Source: an uncultured delta proteobacterium
Lineage (GTDB): Bacteria; Desulfobacterota; Desulfobacteria; Desulfobacterales; SG8-13
Assembly: GCA_963848135.1 (NCBI GenBank)
Contig: CAWKCK010000018.1
Coordinates: 696,938-760,937 of the forward strand
Direction of reading: 5' to 3'
Length of the DNA: 64,000 nucleotides
How positions within the stretch are numbered: position 1 is the first letter of the stretch; the number at the start of each line of letters is the position of its first letter. The position numbers were made by a program, and so were the translations under genes. Below, one piece after another: positions 46,715 to 56,258 of the stretch. The notes under the pieces are model-generated. The model was not told the origin of the DNA. It saw only the letters and a program-made list of their open reading frames with translations, and searched no databases.

Positions 46715-48010
46715 TTATGGCGAAATTCTGATCTCGGTCAGCATGCCGCCTATACCGTCATCCGTCTCTCCGTTGACCAGGAAATTCAGGTCGGTGGCGT
46801 ACAGAAAATGTGTACCGGACATTCCGGTGGTGTCGAGAATCACATCGTAGGACATGCCCCCGCCGAAGGTCAGCGAATGGGTGGTGTATGACAGGTCTAT
46901 GCCGTCCGGTCCGCGCAGCAGCTTGGCGTCCTTGCCCACCACCCGCATGGGGATTCCCGGGCTGGCCAGGGTAAAATAGCGCGTGACTTCCAGGTTGGAG
47001 AGGCGCAGCAGGACCCTGTCTCCGGCCGCGGCCTCTATCAGGGCATTTACCTTTTGGGTACTGAAACCATCAAGTGGTCTGGCCTCGGGCGGTGCAGCCG
47101 GCCCGACCGGAGCAACCGTGTCCGGATAGCCGCGGCCGTTGATCATGGGGTAGTCGGCACGCATCAGGGCAAAGGGCAGCGGCTGTGTGTTTACACTGGC
47201 ATCATGGAAGTCCGAGTCGAAACCGCCGAGTTGGAGGACAAACTCGACATCGTAAGCGGTGGAACCGTCCCCGTCGTTGTAAACATAACCTGTGGGGCCG
47301 GGGCCGCCTTCCTTGCCGGCGACGGTGTTCGGATCACCGCCGAAGCCGGTCTGATTTTGGATCGGGTCCACGTATAGACTCCCTAACATACCCATCTGCA
47401 TGTGTTCGGTGGCCTCCACATGGCAGTGGTACATATAGGTGCCGGGATCGTTGTTCAGGTAGTAATAGGTCAGGCTGGCCCCCATCTTGATGGAAAGACC
47501 GCTCTCCGGCAGTCCGTCATAGATGTTGGAGGACTGGGGAAAACCGTGGTAATGCACCGTGTGGGGGTCGAAAAGATCCGGTCGGTCCACCATACCCACG
47601 TTGCTCAGGGTCAGCCAAAACACATCGCCCTCGCGTAGGGCTATCTGCGGTGCCGGAAACTCGTGCGATAATTGGCCATCGATGAACACATTGTCCGCGG
47701 GAATGCCGGTGACATCCGAAAACCCGAACATGTACATCGGGCGTCCATCGCCCATGGTAATATAACCGTCCCCCGACGACAGGTGCATGCATTTGACATT
47801 GGGATCAAAGTCTGGGTTGGGATCTCCAACCAGGATCCCATCAGGATTGGGATCCGGCAGGGTATGAGCCTCATAAACGGGATCCGGAACGGCGTCCCCG
47901 TCGAGATCCCCCTGACACTGGACCGAGATGGCCGCCCCGACTGGCAGGGTGCCGAACATCACCACCAGTAGCAGTAGGAGCGGCAGAAGGTAGCGCCTGT
48001 ATGTTTCCAT
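46715..48010 (-). CDS. Two-domain multicopper-oxidase-like protein A with a complete type-1 Cu site
   Basis: HTVHYHG and GTYMYHCHVEATEHMQMGM in domain 1. No HxH motif in domain 2. Confidence 0.9.
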   Translation of the reverse strand: METYRRYLLPLLLLLVVMFGTLPVGAAISVQCQGDLDGDAVPDPVYEAHTLPDPNPDGILVGDPNPDFDPNVKCMHLSSGDGYITMGDGRPMYMFGFSDVTGIPADNVFIDGQLSHEFPAPQIALREGDVFWLTLSNVGMVDRPDLFDPHTVHYHGFPQSSNIYDGLPESGLSIKMGASLTYYYLNNDPGTYMYHCHVEATEHMQMGMLGSLYVDPIQNQTGFGGDPNTVAGKEGGPGPTGYVYNDGDGSTAYDVEFVLQLGGFDSDFHDASVNTQPLPFALMRADYPMINGRGYPDTVAPVGPAAPPEARPLDGFSTQKVNALIEAAAGDRVLLRLSNLEVTRYFTLASPGIPMRVVGKDAKLLRGPDGIDLSYTTHSLTFGGGMSYDVILDTTGMSGTHFLYATDLNFLVNGETDDGIGGMLTEIRISP

Positions 48011-48083
48011 GGGTTGACTCCTTTCTATTCTGTTTCAGCCGCACCGGGGATGGCCCCCGGTTGCGGCGGTTTGGTCTCTACTG

Positions 48084-51000
48084 TTACGGTATCTGTAATT
48101 CGTCGGCACCCCAGTCGGAATTTCCCCCGGCGGGGAAAGGCCGCGGCTCATTGTCGATATCCACGGAAAGTGCGCCAGGGACGTTCGTGGGGCCCGCATT
48201 CTGAGCCGTCGAAACGCCAGTGATGTGGTAGTCGCTGCACATCCCGGGATTACCGTCATCAGGAGTTGCGTCGTCACACAGGGTCAGCGGGCCGAAACGC
48301 ACCCGGATGAAATTGCCGCCCTCGTCGAACGCCGCCGGTGTCGAAATCAAGGTTGTCGGCTCGCCCGGCAAGAGGGTTTCACCACGCCCGCCGTTAAAAT
48401 ATTCCATTACAAACGCCGGGTTGGCGATGCCAGCCTCGTCCTGATTGTTGGCGACGTAGGTGCACTGAGGTTGATCCTCAAATCGACTCGTCAGGATATT
48501 CCTTTGCGGGTTGAGACATCCCGCCGTACCCAGGACAGCCAGGTCGTCGTACGGGTTCGCCGCTGGAATCAAGGAGTACGGCGGGGCGGCTGGATCGGGT
48601 GGATCGGTTGGGGGAGTTTCGCCGTAGTAGAATGAGCGATTGTGCCAGATAATGTTTTCTGTCAGTACAGGGTCGGGATTATCCGAATTGCAAAACCGGC
48701 TCGTACTGCCCGCATCGGCACAAGCCGCCGCCACTGCCGGACCCAATCCAAGAAGACCCAGAGCCGGGTTATCCTGGCTGTGGGCGCGTGCCACGATGCC
48801 GGCCGGTTGCGGGGTGGAAGTAAATGTGGCAAGGTCGATGGCGTTGCCCGACGTGGCCGTGCTGTCGTTGTTGGCCACCACGTTGAAGCGTATCCGCGCC
48901 TTGGCGACATCTTGGAGCGAAATGCCGCCGCCGGCCAGAGCCGCTACATTGTTGACGATCATGTTGCTGTAAATATTAACAGCTTTCCAACTGCCCGGAG
49001 CGCCGCTCACGTCCTGGCCGTTGACCCGACTCAAGCGGATGCCGCCGCCGTCTCCGACGCCGGCCGAATTACTCTGGATCAAGTTGCGGAAAATATTCAC
49101 GTTGCCCGTCCCCGGGCTCAGGGTGTTGGCCTCCAGGGGCAGCTTACCGCCGACGAAAATACCGCCGCCGCTGACGGTCAGCCCCTGGTTGAACTGTTCG
49201 TTGAAAAGGATCTTGTTATCGGCGATAAGGCCGTTATTGCTCTCCCCAAAGTGGCCGATACCGGCCCCGTCTCCCAGGGTGAAATTGCCGCAGATCCAGT
49301 TCGCGCTGACGTTGTACCTCGTCGAACCGGTGCACAACGACACCCCGCCGCCGGCGCCGCCCAGGCCGCCGTTCTGGGTGATCTGGTTGTGGTGAATCCT
49401 GACATTATCATTGTCAGCATCCGTATGGATCTCTAATTGGGTATCCGGGTCGATCGTTGTCAATTCGGGGTGGCCCAAACGCACACCACCGGCGTAGAAT
49501 CCGCTGTTATTCAGGATAATATTGTTACCAATATCCATGAACTTCGCATAACCGTTGGCAATGATGCCGCCGCCGGTGCTCGCGCCGCGGATGGTAAAAC
49601 CGTCGATCCGCGCGCCGCGATTAACCCAAGTTGACTGGTTTCGAGCGAACCGGTTGGGTCCGGTTGCCTTGGCCAGCACCAGCACACCGGCCCCCTCCTC
49701 GGTAAACAGGGTGCCCGGTTCGACACCGCCGAAGGCCTGCTCCTGACCAGGCAGCAGATCCACCTCAAGGTCTTCGACCAACTGCCTGAGTTTCTGACGC
49801 CAGAATTCCAATTTCTCCATGGGCGTGTTAATGGCGTTGATGGTGACCACGCCCGGCCCCCAGCCCTGGAGCTGGACGGGTTTGTGCATGATGACCATTT
49901 CTTCGTAGTTGCCGGGTCCCACCAGGATGAGGTTGTTGATCCCATCGTTGAACCCAGCCGCATCGATGGCCTGCTGAATCGGCCCGAGGCCATCGGCATT
50001 CGGCGGCCCCGGTGTCACCTGTACGACGTTTGAACCCGGCCGCAGACCCACCTGGACCGTCAACCCGGTGATGGTGGTCTGGTTGTTGTCGCCGCGGGTC
50101 ACCATCAACTGTTGGCCGCCAGCGTCGAGCCCGGCCGGTATCGTGGCCGTAATGGTGGTGTTCGACCAGGTCACATCCAACGGATTCAAGGTGACATCGC
50201 CGATCGACACGGTCCCCTCAGTACCGCCGAAACCGTAATCGCGGTTGATAGTAGTGGGCTCGGTACCACCCACGCCGTCATAGATTGGGTTCGGTACGGA
50301 GACTGACCCCATGGACGTAATGTCGATTGTCTGCCCGCCCAAGGTGTTGGGGATGAAAGGACCGCCGCCGACACCGTTGTCGACCGTTGCCATGCTGATC
50401 CGCGGTGTCCCGTCCGGAAACTCGCAGTCGAGCGGGGCCTGGTCGGGCCCGGCAAAGGCCGCCGAGGGAACCACAGGGGTATCAAGATACGTGGTCGCTC
50501 CGGGCATGTACTGGAAAGTGTAGCAAAACGTGCTGTACTGCGGGTTGAATAACGGATCGTCAATAAACATGCCCGGATCGGCTGGATCGGGTTTCCGCGG
50601 GTGGTTCATGCAGGTGGTCAGCATGTTGGGTGACATGCCGCTGGGTTGCGGCAGGTTATTGGTGTAGGTGGAGGGCACCAGGGCGTTGAAGCGCCCGTAC
50701 TCGTCGGAATAGGTGCGTGAGATCTCCCGGCCGGTCCAGTCCTGAATCGATATCGGCATGAAGGGTGGCGCGAACTTCTCGCCGAACTGGGGCGAGGCGG
50801 GATCGAACTCGTTGGCGGTGTCGTCCAGGATACCGCCGACGATGTGGCCCGCTATCGGCACCTCGGTGAACAGGAAGAAATCGGCCGCAGCGTTTTGAGC
50901 GGGGTTAAGAAAGACCTGCTTGCGGTCGCACAAAGGCCTGATGGTGCCACCGAAGTCGGAGCCGACCGGCTCGCCCGGAAACAGCGTCAGCTCAGCCGGA

Positions 51001-53558
51001 ACCGGATGGTCGTCACCCACACATTCCGGTGCCACCAGTAGCGGGCTGGGGGTGTATTCGTCGCCGAAATCGACGTTGCGGTCTTCCTCCTTAACGATCT
51101 CGTAACCCGGAGGGGTTTTGACCTCGACGATATAAAACCCAGGTTTCATGACGCCATAATCGGGATTTCCAGTGCCGTCGGGTTGTTGAATCCAATTAGG
51201 TATCACACCTCCAAAATCTTCCGAAATGCTGTACTCGGGTCCGAAGGCGTAGCCGCCGTCGAACACCCCCGGTCGCACCTGGTTCCAATTGCGCATGCCG
51301 TCGTAGCAGTCGGTGGCCTGACCCCGGAAGACATAAGGATCATCGGTGCCGCTGCCGGCGTTGACCCCGTATTGGCAGTTTGCGGGCAGGCTGTCGTCCC
51401 AGCTGTCGGTCCAGGTGACCTGAATGGCGTCATTTTGATCGAAAGTCGCGTTAGCTGGAACAGAATTTTCGAAATCCTCCGGTCCCATAGCGCCACCGGC
51501 GGACCATTCAAAAGGATAGTTGTCCACATCGGCAAGCTGGATGCCATTTGGCGAAACATCCTGGTCTAGGATGTTACCGGCCCCGTCGCTCTGGTACAGG
51601 TTGATCTGCACCCGCGGGATGCCGGGCTCCCAGGGTTCGACCGCCGCGAGGCGCGGGTCGTCCTCGGCCCGGGTGGTGGCATAGTAGACCACGCCTGAGA
51701 CGCCGCCGGTTTCGCTGAATTCGTAGAGCTTCTTGCCCCATATCATGACGCTGGTCTGCCCCAGGAAACCCTGGAAGCCTTCGACCAGAGCCGGGCCTCT
51801 CTCGATCCGGTAAAGATCCGTATTGGGTGCCATCGGCCACCAACTATCGGGATCCTCTGGATTGCCTTGGACCTGGGGGGTGAGTTGACCGCCGAATGTC
51901 CAGTAGCTCGCCGGGCCATCCTGCGGAATCGGGCCGCCGTCGTCCACGACAACCATCACGCCGGTGGCCTTGAAACGCGCGAAATCAACCTCGGCCGTCA
52001 GCCAGGAAAAAAATGGAAAAACCTGGTCGAAGGGCGCGAAACCATCGCCATCGGTGGGAAACGATTGGTAGAGCGTGCCGTCGCGCCAGCGCAGGTTCAC
52101 CGCCTGTTCGAGAATCGGCGGCTGCGACGCCAATCCGGTTTCGCCCGGATTCCATAATCCGTTGCCGTCAAGGTCGTTGAAGACGTGATTCTCCAGGCGG
52201 GTGAACCACTGAAAGACCCCAATATCTCCCAGGTCACAGTCAGGGCTGCACGTACCATCGGGGTTGACCGTTATACCCTGAAACGCAAAAACCACATCGA
52301 GATTGTCGTCCCACACCATGAGCTGGTAGTCCCCCGGCGGTACATTGGGGATCGTAAATCCGCCTCCGTCCGTCCGCGCGGCGTAAATACCGTTGGAAAC
52401 CGCTGCCAGGCCGGCGTTGTCGTTCAGGCCGACCCAGGGTGTCGTGTGGGTCAAAGGGGCGCCCAAGTTGAAGGCACCACCGGCATAGGGGGGGCGGGAA
52501 AGGTGGTTATTGACCACGCTACCTGTGATGCTGGCCGTCGTATCGCCGGCAGGAATGTCGTTGAACGGTTCGACAAAGCCAATAAAGACATGGTAGCCCG
52601 GCGGCCCGAACTCGGCGAAAAACGGCGGCTCGTTGGCCTTGACCCAGGCGTCGATCACTTTCGTGCCCTCAATGGTGGAGGTCTGCTGCCAATTGGAACC
52701 TGCCGGCGGCGACGCGAGGATGCCGTACTTGCCCGGGGCCAGGTTCTTGATCGTGATCAGCCCGGTGGCATCGGTGACCAGGGGTTCGAAACCGGTCACG
52801 TTGCCGGCCGCATCATATTGGGTTCCCAGGGGGTTACCGAAGGCGTCGAAGAGCTGTTCACCGGCCGATGCGCCGTAACGGCCGCCGGCGTCCTCCACCT
52901 TGATCTGGAAGCCCGCCAATCCCGGCTCCGTCGCATCGGGCGCGTTGTTGATCGGCTGGGTGTCTTTGAATATGAAAATGGTGATCTGGGCCGTGGGTAT
53001 CGGGTTTTGATTGAGGTAGACGGCAACATCTCCGGTGTCACTGCCTTTAAATTGGCCACCGCCGATGCTGTAGGTACCCGGATCCTTTGGCAGGACCGAA
53101 ACGAAGTAGTGTTTGGCGGGGTTCAAACACGGAAAATCGGTAACTGGATCCGTGCAGACCGGCGGAAAGGCTGTCGCATCATCCCCCTTGGCCACCACAG
53201 GCATGTAGCTGCGGTGAAAACTGGTTGAAAGGGGGTACGGCTTGGGAGTGACGGTTGGCGGGACATTTTTCGAGGGGTTATCCAAATGGTGCCAGTTGGG
53301 ATCGACCACCGGAAAACCGTCACCATCCAGTTGCACCTGGCCGCTGGCATCACGCTGAACGTGATAGGTCGCGTCCTCTTCGATCACCCAGCGGTAGGTT
53401 GTGACGGGTGACAGGGATCCGTCCTTATCGACGCCCGTAACGGTCAGTGTCGGCACCGCCATCACTGTGGCGGCAGAGCACACCAAGAAAATGGAGACGA
53501 GCAGCACAAGCCAAAGCCTGCCAACCCCGGTTGAATTTATGTTGATCACCTTCTTCAT
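48084..53558 (-). CDS. Large (1824-aa) secreted protein with SdrD-B/Cna-like, IPT/TIG-like and parallel beta-helix regions
   Basis: RBS aaggagg and signal peptide. VFNDLDGNGLWNPGETGL, NLAPGKY, WSNTTITATIP, IQQAIDAA...GPGNYEE, IDGFTIRG and repeated N...GGGI motifs. Confidence 0.85.
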   Translation of the reverse strand: MKKVININSTGVGRLWLVLLVSIFLVCSAATVMAVPTLTVTGVDKDGSLSPVTTYRWVIEEDATYHVQRDASGQVQLDGDGFPVVDPNWHHLDNPSKNVPPTVTPKPYPLSTSFHRSYMPVVAKGDDATAFPPVCTDPVTDFPCLNPAKHYFVSVLPKDPGTYSIGGGQFKGSDTGDVAVYLNQNPIPTAQITIFIFKDTQPINNAPDATEPGLAGFQIKVEDAGGRYGASAGEQLFDAFGNPLGTQYDAAGNVTGFEPLVTDATGLITIKNLAPGKYGILASPPAGSNWQQTSTIEGTKVIDAWVKANEPPFFAEFGPPGYHVFIGFVEPFNDIPAGDTTASITGSVVNNHLSRPPYAGGAFNLGAPLTHTTPWVGLNDNAGLAAVSNGIYAARTDGGGFTIPNVPPGDYQLMVWDDNLDVVFAFQGITVNPDGTCSPDCDLGDIGVFQWFTRLENHVFNDLDGNGLWNPGETGLASQPPILEQAVNLRWRDGTLYQSFPTDGDGFAPFDQVFPFFSWLTAEVDFARFKATGVMVVVDDGGPIPQDGPASYWTFGGQLTPQVQGNPEDPDSWWPMAPNTDLYRIERGPALVEGFQGFLGQTSVMIWGKKLYEFSETGGVSGVVYYATTRAEDDPRLAAVEPWEPGIPRVQINLYQSDGAGNILDQDVSPNGIQLADVDNYPFEWSAGGAMGPEDFENSVPANATFDQNDAIQVTWTDSWDDSLPANCQYGVNAGSGTDDPYVFRGQATDCYDGMRNWNQVRPGVFDGGYAFGPEYSISEDFGGVIPNWIQQPDGTGNPDYGVMKPGFYIVEVKTPPGYEIVKEEDRNVDFGDEYTPSPLLVAPECVGDDHPVPAELTLFPGEPVGSDFGGTIRPLCDRKQVFLNPAQNAAADFFLFTEVPIAGHIVGGILDDTANEFDPASPQFGEKFAPPFMPISIQDWTGREISRTYSDEYGRFNALVPSTYTNNLPQPSGMSPNMLTTCMNHPRKPDPADPGMFIDDPLFNPQYSTFCYTFQYMPGATTYLDTPVVPSAAFAGPDQAPLDCEFPDGTPRISMATVDNGVGGGPFIPNTLGGQTIDITSMGSVSVPNPIYDGVGGTEPTTINRDYGFGGTEGTVSIGDVTLNPLDVTWSNTTITATIPAGLDAGGQQLMVTRGDNNQTTITGLTVQVGLRPGSNVVQVTPGPPNADGLGPIQQAIDAAGFNDGINNLILVGPGNYEEMVIMHKPVQLQGWGPGVVTINAINTPMEKLEFWRQKLRQLVEDLEVDLLPGQEQAFGGVEPGTLFTEEGAGVLVLAKATGPNRFARNQSTWVNRGARIDGFTIRGASTGGGIIANGYAKFMDIGNNIILNNSGFYAGGVRLGHPELTTIDPDTQLEIHTDADNDNVRIHHNQITQNGGLGGAGGGVSLCTGSTRYNVSANWICGNFTLGDGAGIGHFGESNNGLIADNKILFNEQFNQGLTVSGGGIFVGGKLPLEANTLSPGTGNVNIFRNLIQSNSAGVGDGGGIRLSRVNGQDVSGAPGSWKAVNIYSNMIVNNVAALAGGGISLQDVAKARIRFNVVANNDSTATSGNAIDLATFTSTPQPAGIVARAHSQDNPALGLLGLGPAVAAACADAGSTSRFCNSDNPDPVLTENIIWHNRSFYYGETPPTDPPDPAAPPYSLIPAANPYDDLAVLGTAGCLNPQRNILTSRFEDQPQCTYVANNQDEAGIANPAFVMEYFNGGRGETLLPGEPTTLISTPAAFDEGGNFIRVRFGPLTLCDDATPDDGNPGMCSDYHITGVSTAQNAGPTNVPGALSVDIDNEPRPFPAGGNSDWGADELQIP

Positions 53559-53668
53559 CTTGTGTCCTCCTTTCATGAAGGAAAATTTGACGTCAACTTG
53601 TCTGGTGACGGATATCGACCCGAATCATTATTCATCAGGGTTCTCGACTTAGTATTCGATACTGAATA

Positions 53669-53684
53669 GGCAATTTTCATACCA
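53669..53684 (-). promoter_or_regulatory. sigma54 promoter of the large-protein/MCO operon
   Basis: Minus strand TGGTAT-GAAAA-TTGCC, with CCCA-N3-TGGG palindromes at 53786 and 53846. Confidence 0.75.
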
Positions 53685-53901
53685 CAATGTGTAGCGGTAA
53701 CATTGGTGATTGATTTCAAGATGTTAGGACAATGACGGTGGATTTTGGCCCATTCTTGTCGACCGTATCCCCTTCGACGTTGCCTCCCAATTTGGGAGGC
53801 CAATGTTAAATTATCATTTAATTATAATCGTTTAGGTTAACATAGCCCACATTGGGATGATGTCTCCCGACGTCTATTTGCGACCGCGAAGATCAGCGTC
53901 T

Positions 53902-54252
53902 TTACTGCGCGAGAAATTGACATAGAACAGCCGCCTGTTCGGCCGTCAATTCGCTGAAAGTCAAACCGCAAATCCGGATGTCCTGGCCCGTGAATGAGCG
54001 CTGCTGCGAGAGGTCGCTGATGTCGTAGATCAACCGGCAGCAGACGGACGACAGCACTGCACCGTGGGCATTGCCGAAAGCGATGTCTATCAGCTTCCAC
54101 CCGTCCGGTGATACCGACCCGTGCATGTATTCCGCCTTCAACCCGCCCAAGCTGATATCTCTGACGGCAGCGAAACCACCCGAATACCGATCTATGGCGA
54201 ACAATCCTTTCTCAGACGGGAAGTACCGTCTGTGAGCCCGCCTTTCCGTCAT
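53902..54252 (-). CDS. PilZ-like single-domain protein
   Basis: ERRAHRR (RxxxR) and DISLGG (DxSxxG) motifs. Confidence 0.75.
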   Translation of the reverse strand: MTERRAHRRYFPSEKGLFAIDRYSGGFAAVRDISLGGLKAEYMHGSVSPDGWKLIDIAFGNAHGAVLSSVCCRLIYDISDLSQQRSFTGQDIRICGLTFSELTAEQAAVLCQFLAQ

Positions 54253-54394
54253 TCTTTCTTTCCCCGTGGCCCAATGGAATGGACTCAAGTTGTCCAATTT
54301 GGTATTCAATGCCGCGAATGGACATAAGGCCCAATGCTGACCGGCGGCCAGCAAGCGATCTTTGTTAAATGGGTTTCAATCGAAAAGGTAGGAG

Positions 54395-54410
54395 AGCAAA
54401 AGATGTGCCG
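54395..54410 (-). promoter_or_regulatory. sigma54 promoter of the PilZ-like gene
   Basis: Minus strand CGGCAC-ATCTT-TTGCT, with upstream palindromic sites at 54510 and 54571. Confidence 0.7.
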
Positions 54411-54645
54411 AATAATGTTAATTTGAATTAATACAATGTTTTCAGAAAATTACAGATTAGAGCCAGATACGAAACGGGATATGCGCCGCGGCGCACGCTA
54501 AGAAGCTCTCCCATTACGGGGCGCCCAGATAAAATTAATATTAATATTTCAGTCAGTTGGAATGAAACCGGCCATTGTGGGACGGTGCGCTTTAGCCGCT
54601 CATTGTGGGGAGAACGCCCGTGGGCGACGATCGGCCCACAAAACA

Positions 54646-54687
54646 CAACCGGGCGGTCATCGGAAAACCGATAACCGCCCGGTTGTA
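54646..54687. terminator. Long hairpin downstream of the PEP-CTERM genes
   Basis: acaaccgggcggt-c-atcgg aaaa ccgat-a-accgcccggttgt. Confidence 0.5.
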
Positions 54688-54900
54688 TGTGTAAGCTGGT
54701 TCTCGCGCTTCTTTATTGACCCAAAATCTTTGAACCAGCCCTGTCGATATATGGGGGCCTTATAATTACCTTTGAGTTCTCTCTTGCTATTTCGCGAAGA
54801 CGGCGTAACACTATTCCCTAAGTCTTTAATTCACTTGTAGTCGACCTAATCCACTGGATTTGATGCCTCACACTGCCCTTGTTCCACTCCACAAATCGAC

Positions 54901-55563
54901 CTATCCGTAAAACTTCCGCCTCACGGCAGCGAGGCCCAATAACCCCGATCCGAGCAGAAGCATGGCCGGGGGCACCGGTACCGGACTCCCGGCAATACCT
55001 TGTAAGGCGAACTCGTGATTCTGAAGCTGACCCGCCACGTTGATCAATCCCGGTGCGGTGAACAAGATGCTTTCAACGGTTACACCGCCGATAATGAGTG
55101 CGAGCTCACCATTGTCACCGGCTTCGCCTAAATTTTGATCGGCTGCAGCTAAAAATGCTACCGTATTGCCCCCATCCAATTGATAGAACCCACGTTCCGT
55201 ATAGCCATTCTCATTAAAGAGATCGGCGATATAGATGGTATCCAATACAAACGGTTTGGAGAAACTCAAGCGCAGATACTCGGAACCCTCGATTTCATCC
55301 TCTTCGTAGCTATACTGCACGCCAAAACCATCTATGTTGTCCCACCACAGAGACGGCTGAAAGACCGGGTCTGGGGGACCGGGCGTCAATGTAAGATCGA
55401 CACCGCCGATATCAATTGTAAACGAAGGTAAACCCAGAGCCGGACTAAAATCCAGAACAGGGGCCGGACCGTCATCGGTGAAACTGATGACAGCGGCCTG
55501 AACACCGGTTGTCAGGAGCAGTATCCCCATAACAATCAGGAAGATTTTTTTCATTTGCAACAA
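54901..55563 (-). CDS. PEP-CTERM/VPLPA-CTERM surface protein
   Basis: Signal peptide and C-terminus VPVPPAMLLLGSGLLGLAAVRRKFYG. Confidence 0.9.
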   Translation of the reverse strand: MLQMKKIFLIVMGILLLTTGVQAAVISFTDDGPAPVLDFSPALGLPSFTIDIGGVDLTLTPGPPDPVFQPSLWWDNIDGFGVQYSYEEDEIEGSEYLRLSFSKPFVLDTIYIADLFNENGYTERGFYQLDGGNTVAFLAAADQNLGEAGDNGELALIIGGVTVESILFTAPGLINVAGQLQNHEFALQGIAGSPVPVPPAMLLLGSGLLGLAAVRRKFYG

Positions 55564-55616
55564 CTCCTTCCCGTATCAATTAGGAACTCCAACAGTAAAT
55601 GCATTTTGTTCACCAA

Positions 55617-56192
55617 TTAGCTCCTCACCCGTCGGCGGATGCCCACCAGACCCACCAGACCCGCACCGAGCAGCAGAACGGTGGGGGGGATAGGGACGAC
55701 GGCGCTAACGGTGATATCACTGCCTTGATTTAATGGCTGAAAGGGTACGCTGGATCCGTCCAGCCAGTTAAAAGCATTAATCTCTATGGCGGTACTTGAC
55801 ACAGCTTGGAAAGTTAGCGTAGCAAGATTATAATCGCCAGCAGGATGGGGAGGCTGGTTAAAAGGTGGGAAGGTCAAATTAGCAAAATTAAATTGAACAA
55901 AATCTTGCGTTGCATTAGATCCTACGGCAGCTGTTGCTTGACCCCAATTAGTACTATTTGGGATAGCAGTTACCAGGCTCAAAGTTCCGAGGTCCCATAG
56001 AACTTGAACATTACCGCCAGCTGCAGTTGGAAATTCTATAGCTTCTACGTCTATCGTGAATATTTCGCCTACGAATACTGTATCGGTAGCAGGTAAAGAA
56101 GCCACTGTCGTCGCCGCACTCGCAGAGCCGATGGTTAATAAAGCAACCACGATTACTAATGATCCGTAAAGTAGTTTTCCAAAATTTCTCAT
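55617..56192 (-). CDS. Cohesin-like domain protein with a VPLPA/PEP-CTERM anchor
   Basis: VFVGEIFTIDV...GGNVQVLWDLGTLSL...GDYNLATLTFQAV, followed by VPIPPTVLLLGAGLVGLVGIRRR. Confidence 0.8.
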   Translation of the reverse strand: MRNFGKLLYGSLVIVVALLTIGSASAATTVASLPATDTVFVGEIFTIDVEAIEFPTAAGGNVQVLWDLGTLSLVTAIPNSTNWGQATAAVGSNATQDFVQFNFANLTFPPFNQPPHPAGDYNLATLTFQAVSSTAIEINAFNWLDGSSVPFQPLNQGSDITVSAVVPIPPTVLLLGAGLVGLVGIRRRVRS

Positions 56193-56258
56193 TTTTATAT
56201 CCTCTCTTTTAATTAAAAAATGTTACTTATTATGTAATAACAATTCTGTCTGATAGAC

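Noticed and set aside
46715..48010. Copper nitrite reductase NirK
   Set aside because: HxH and HCH motifs point to T2/T3 ligands, domain 2 lacks the NirK His motif, and the paralog context differs.
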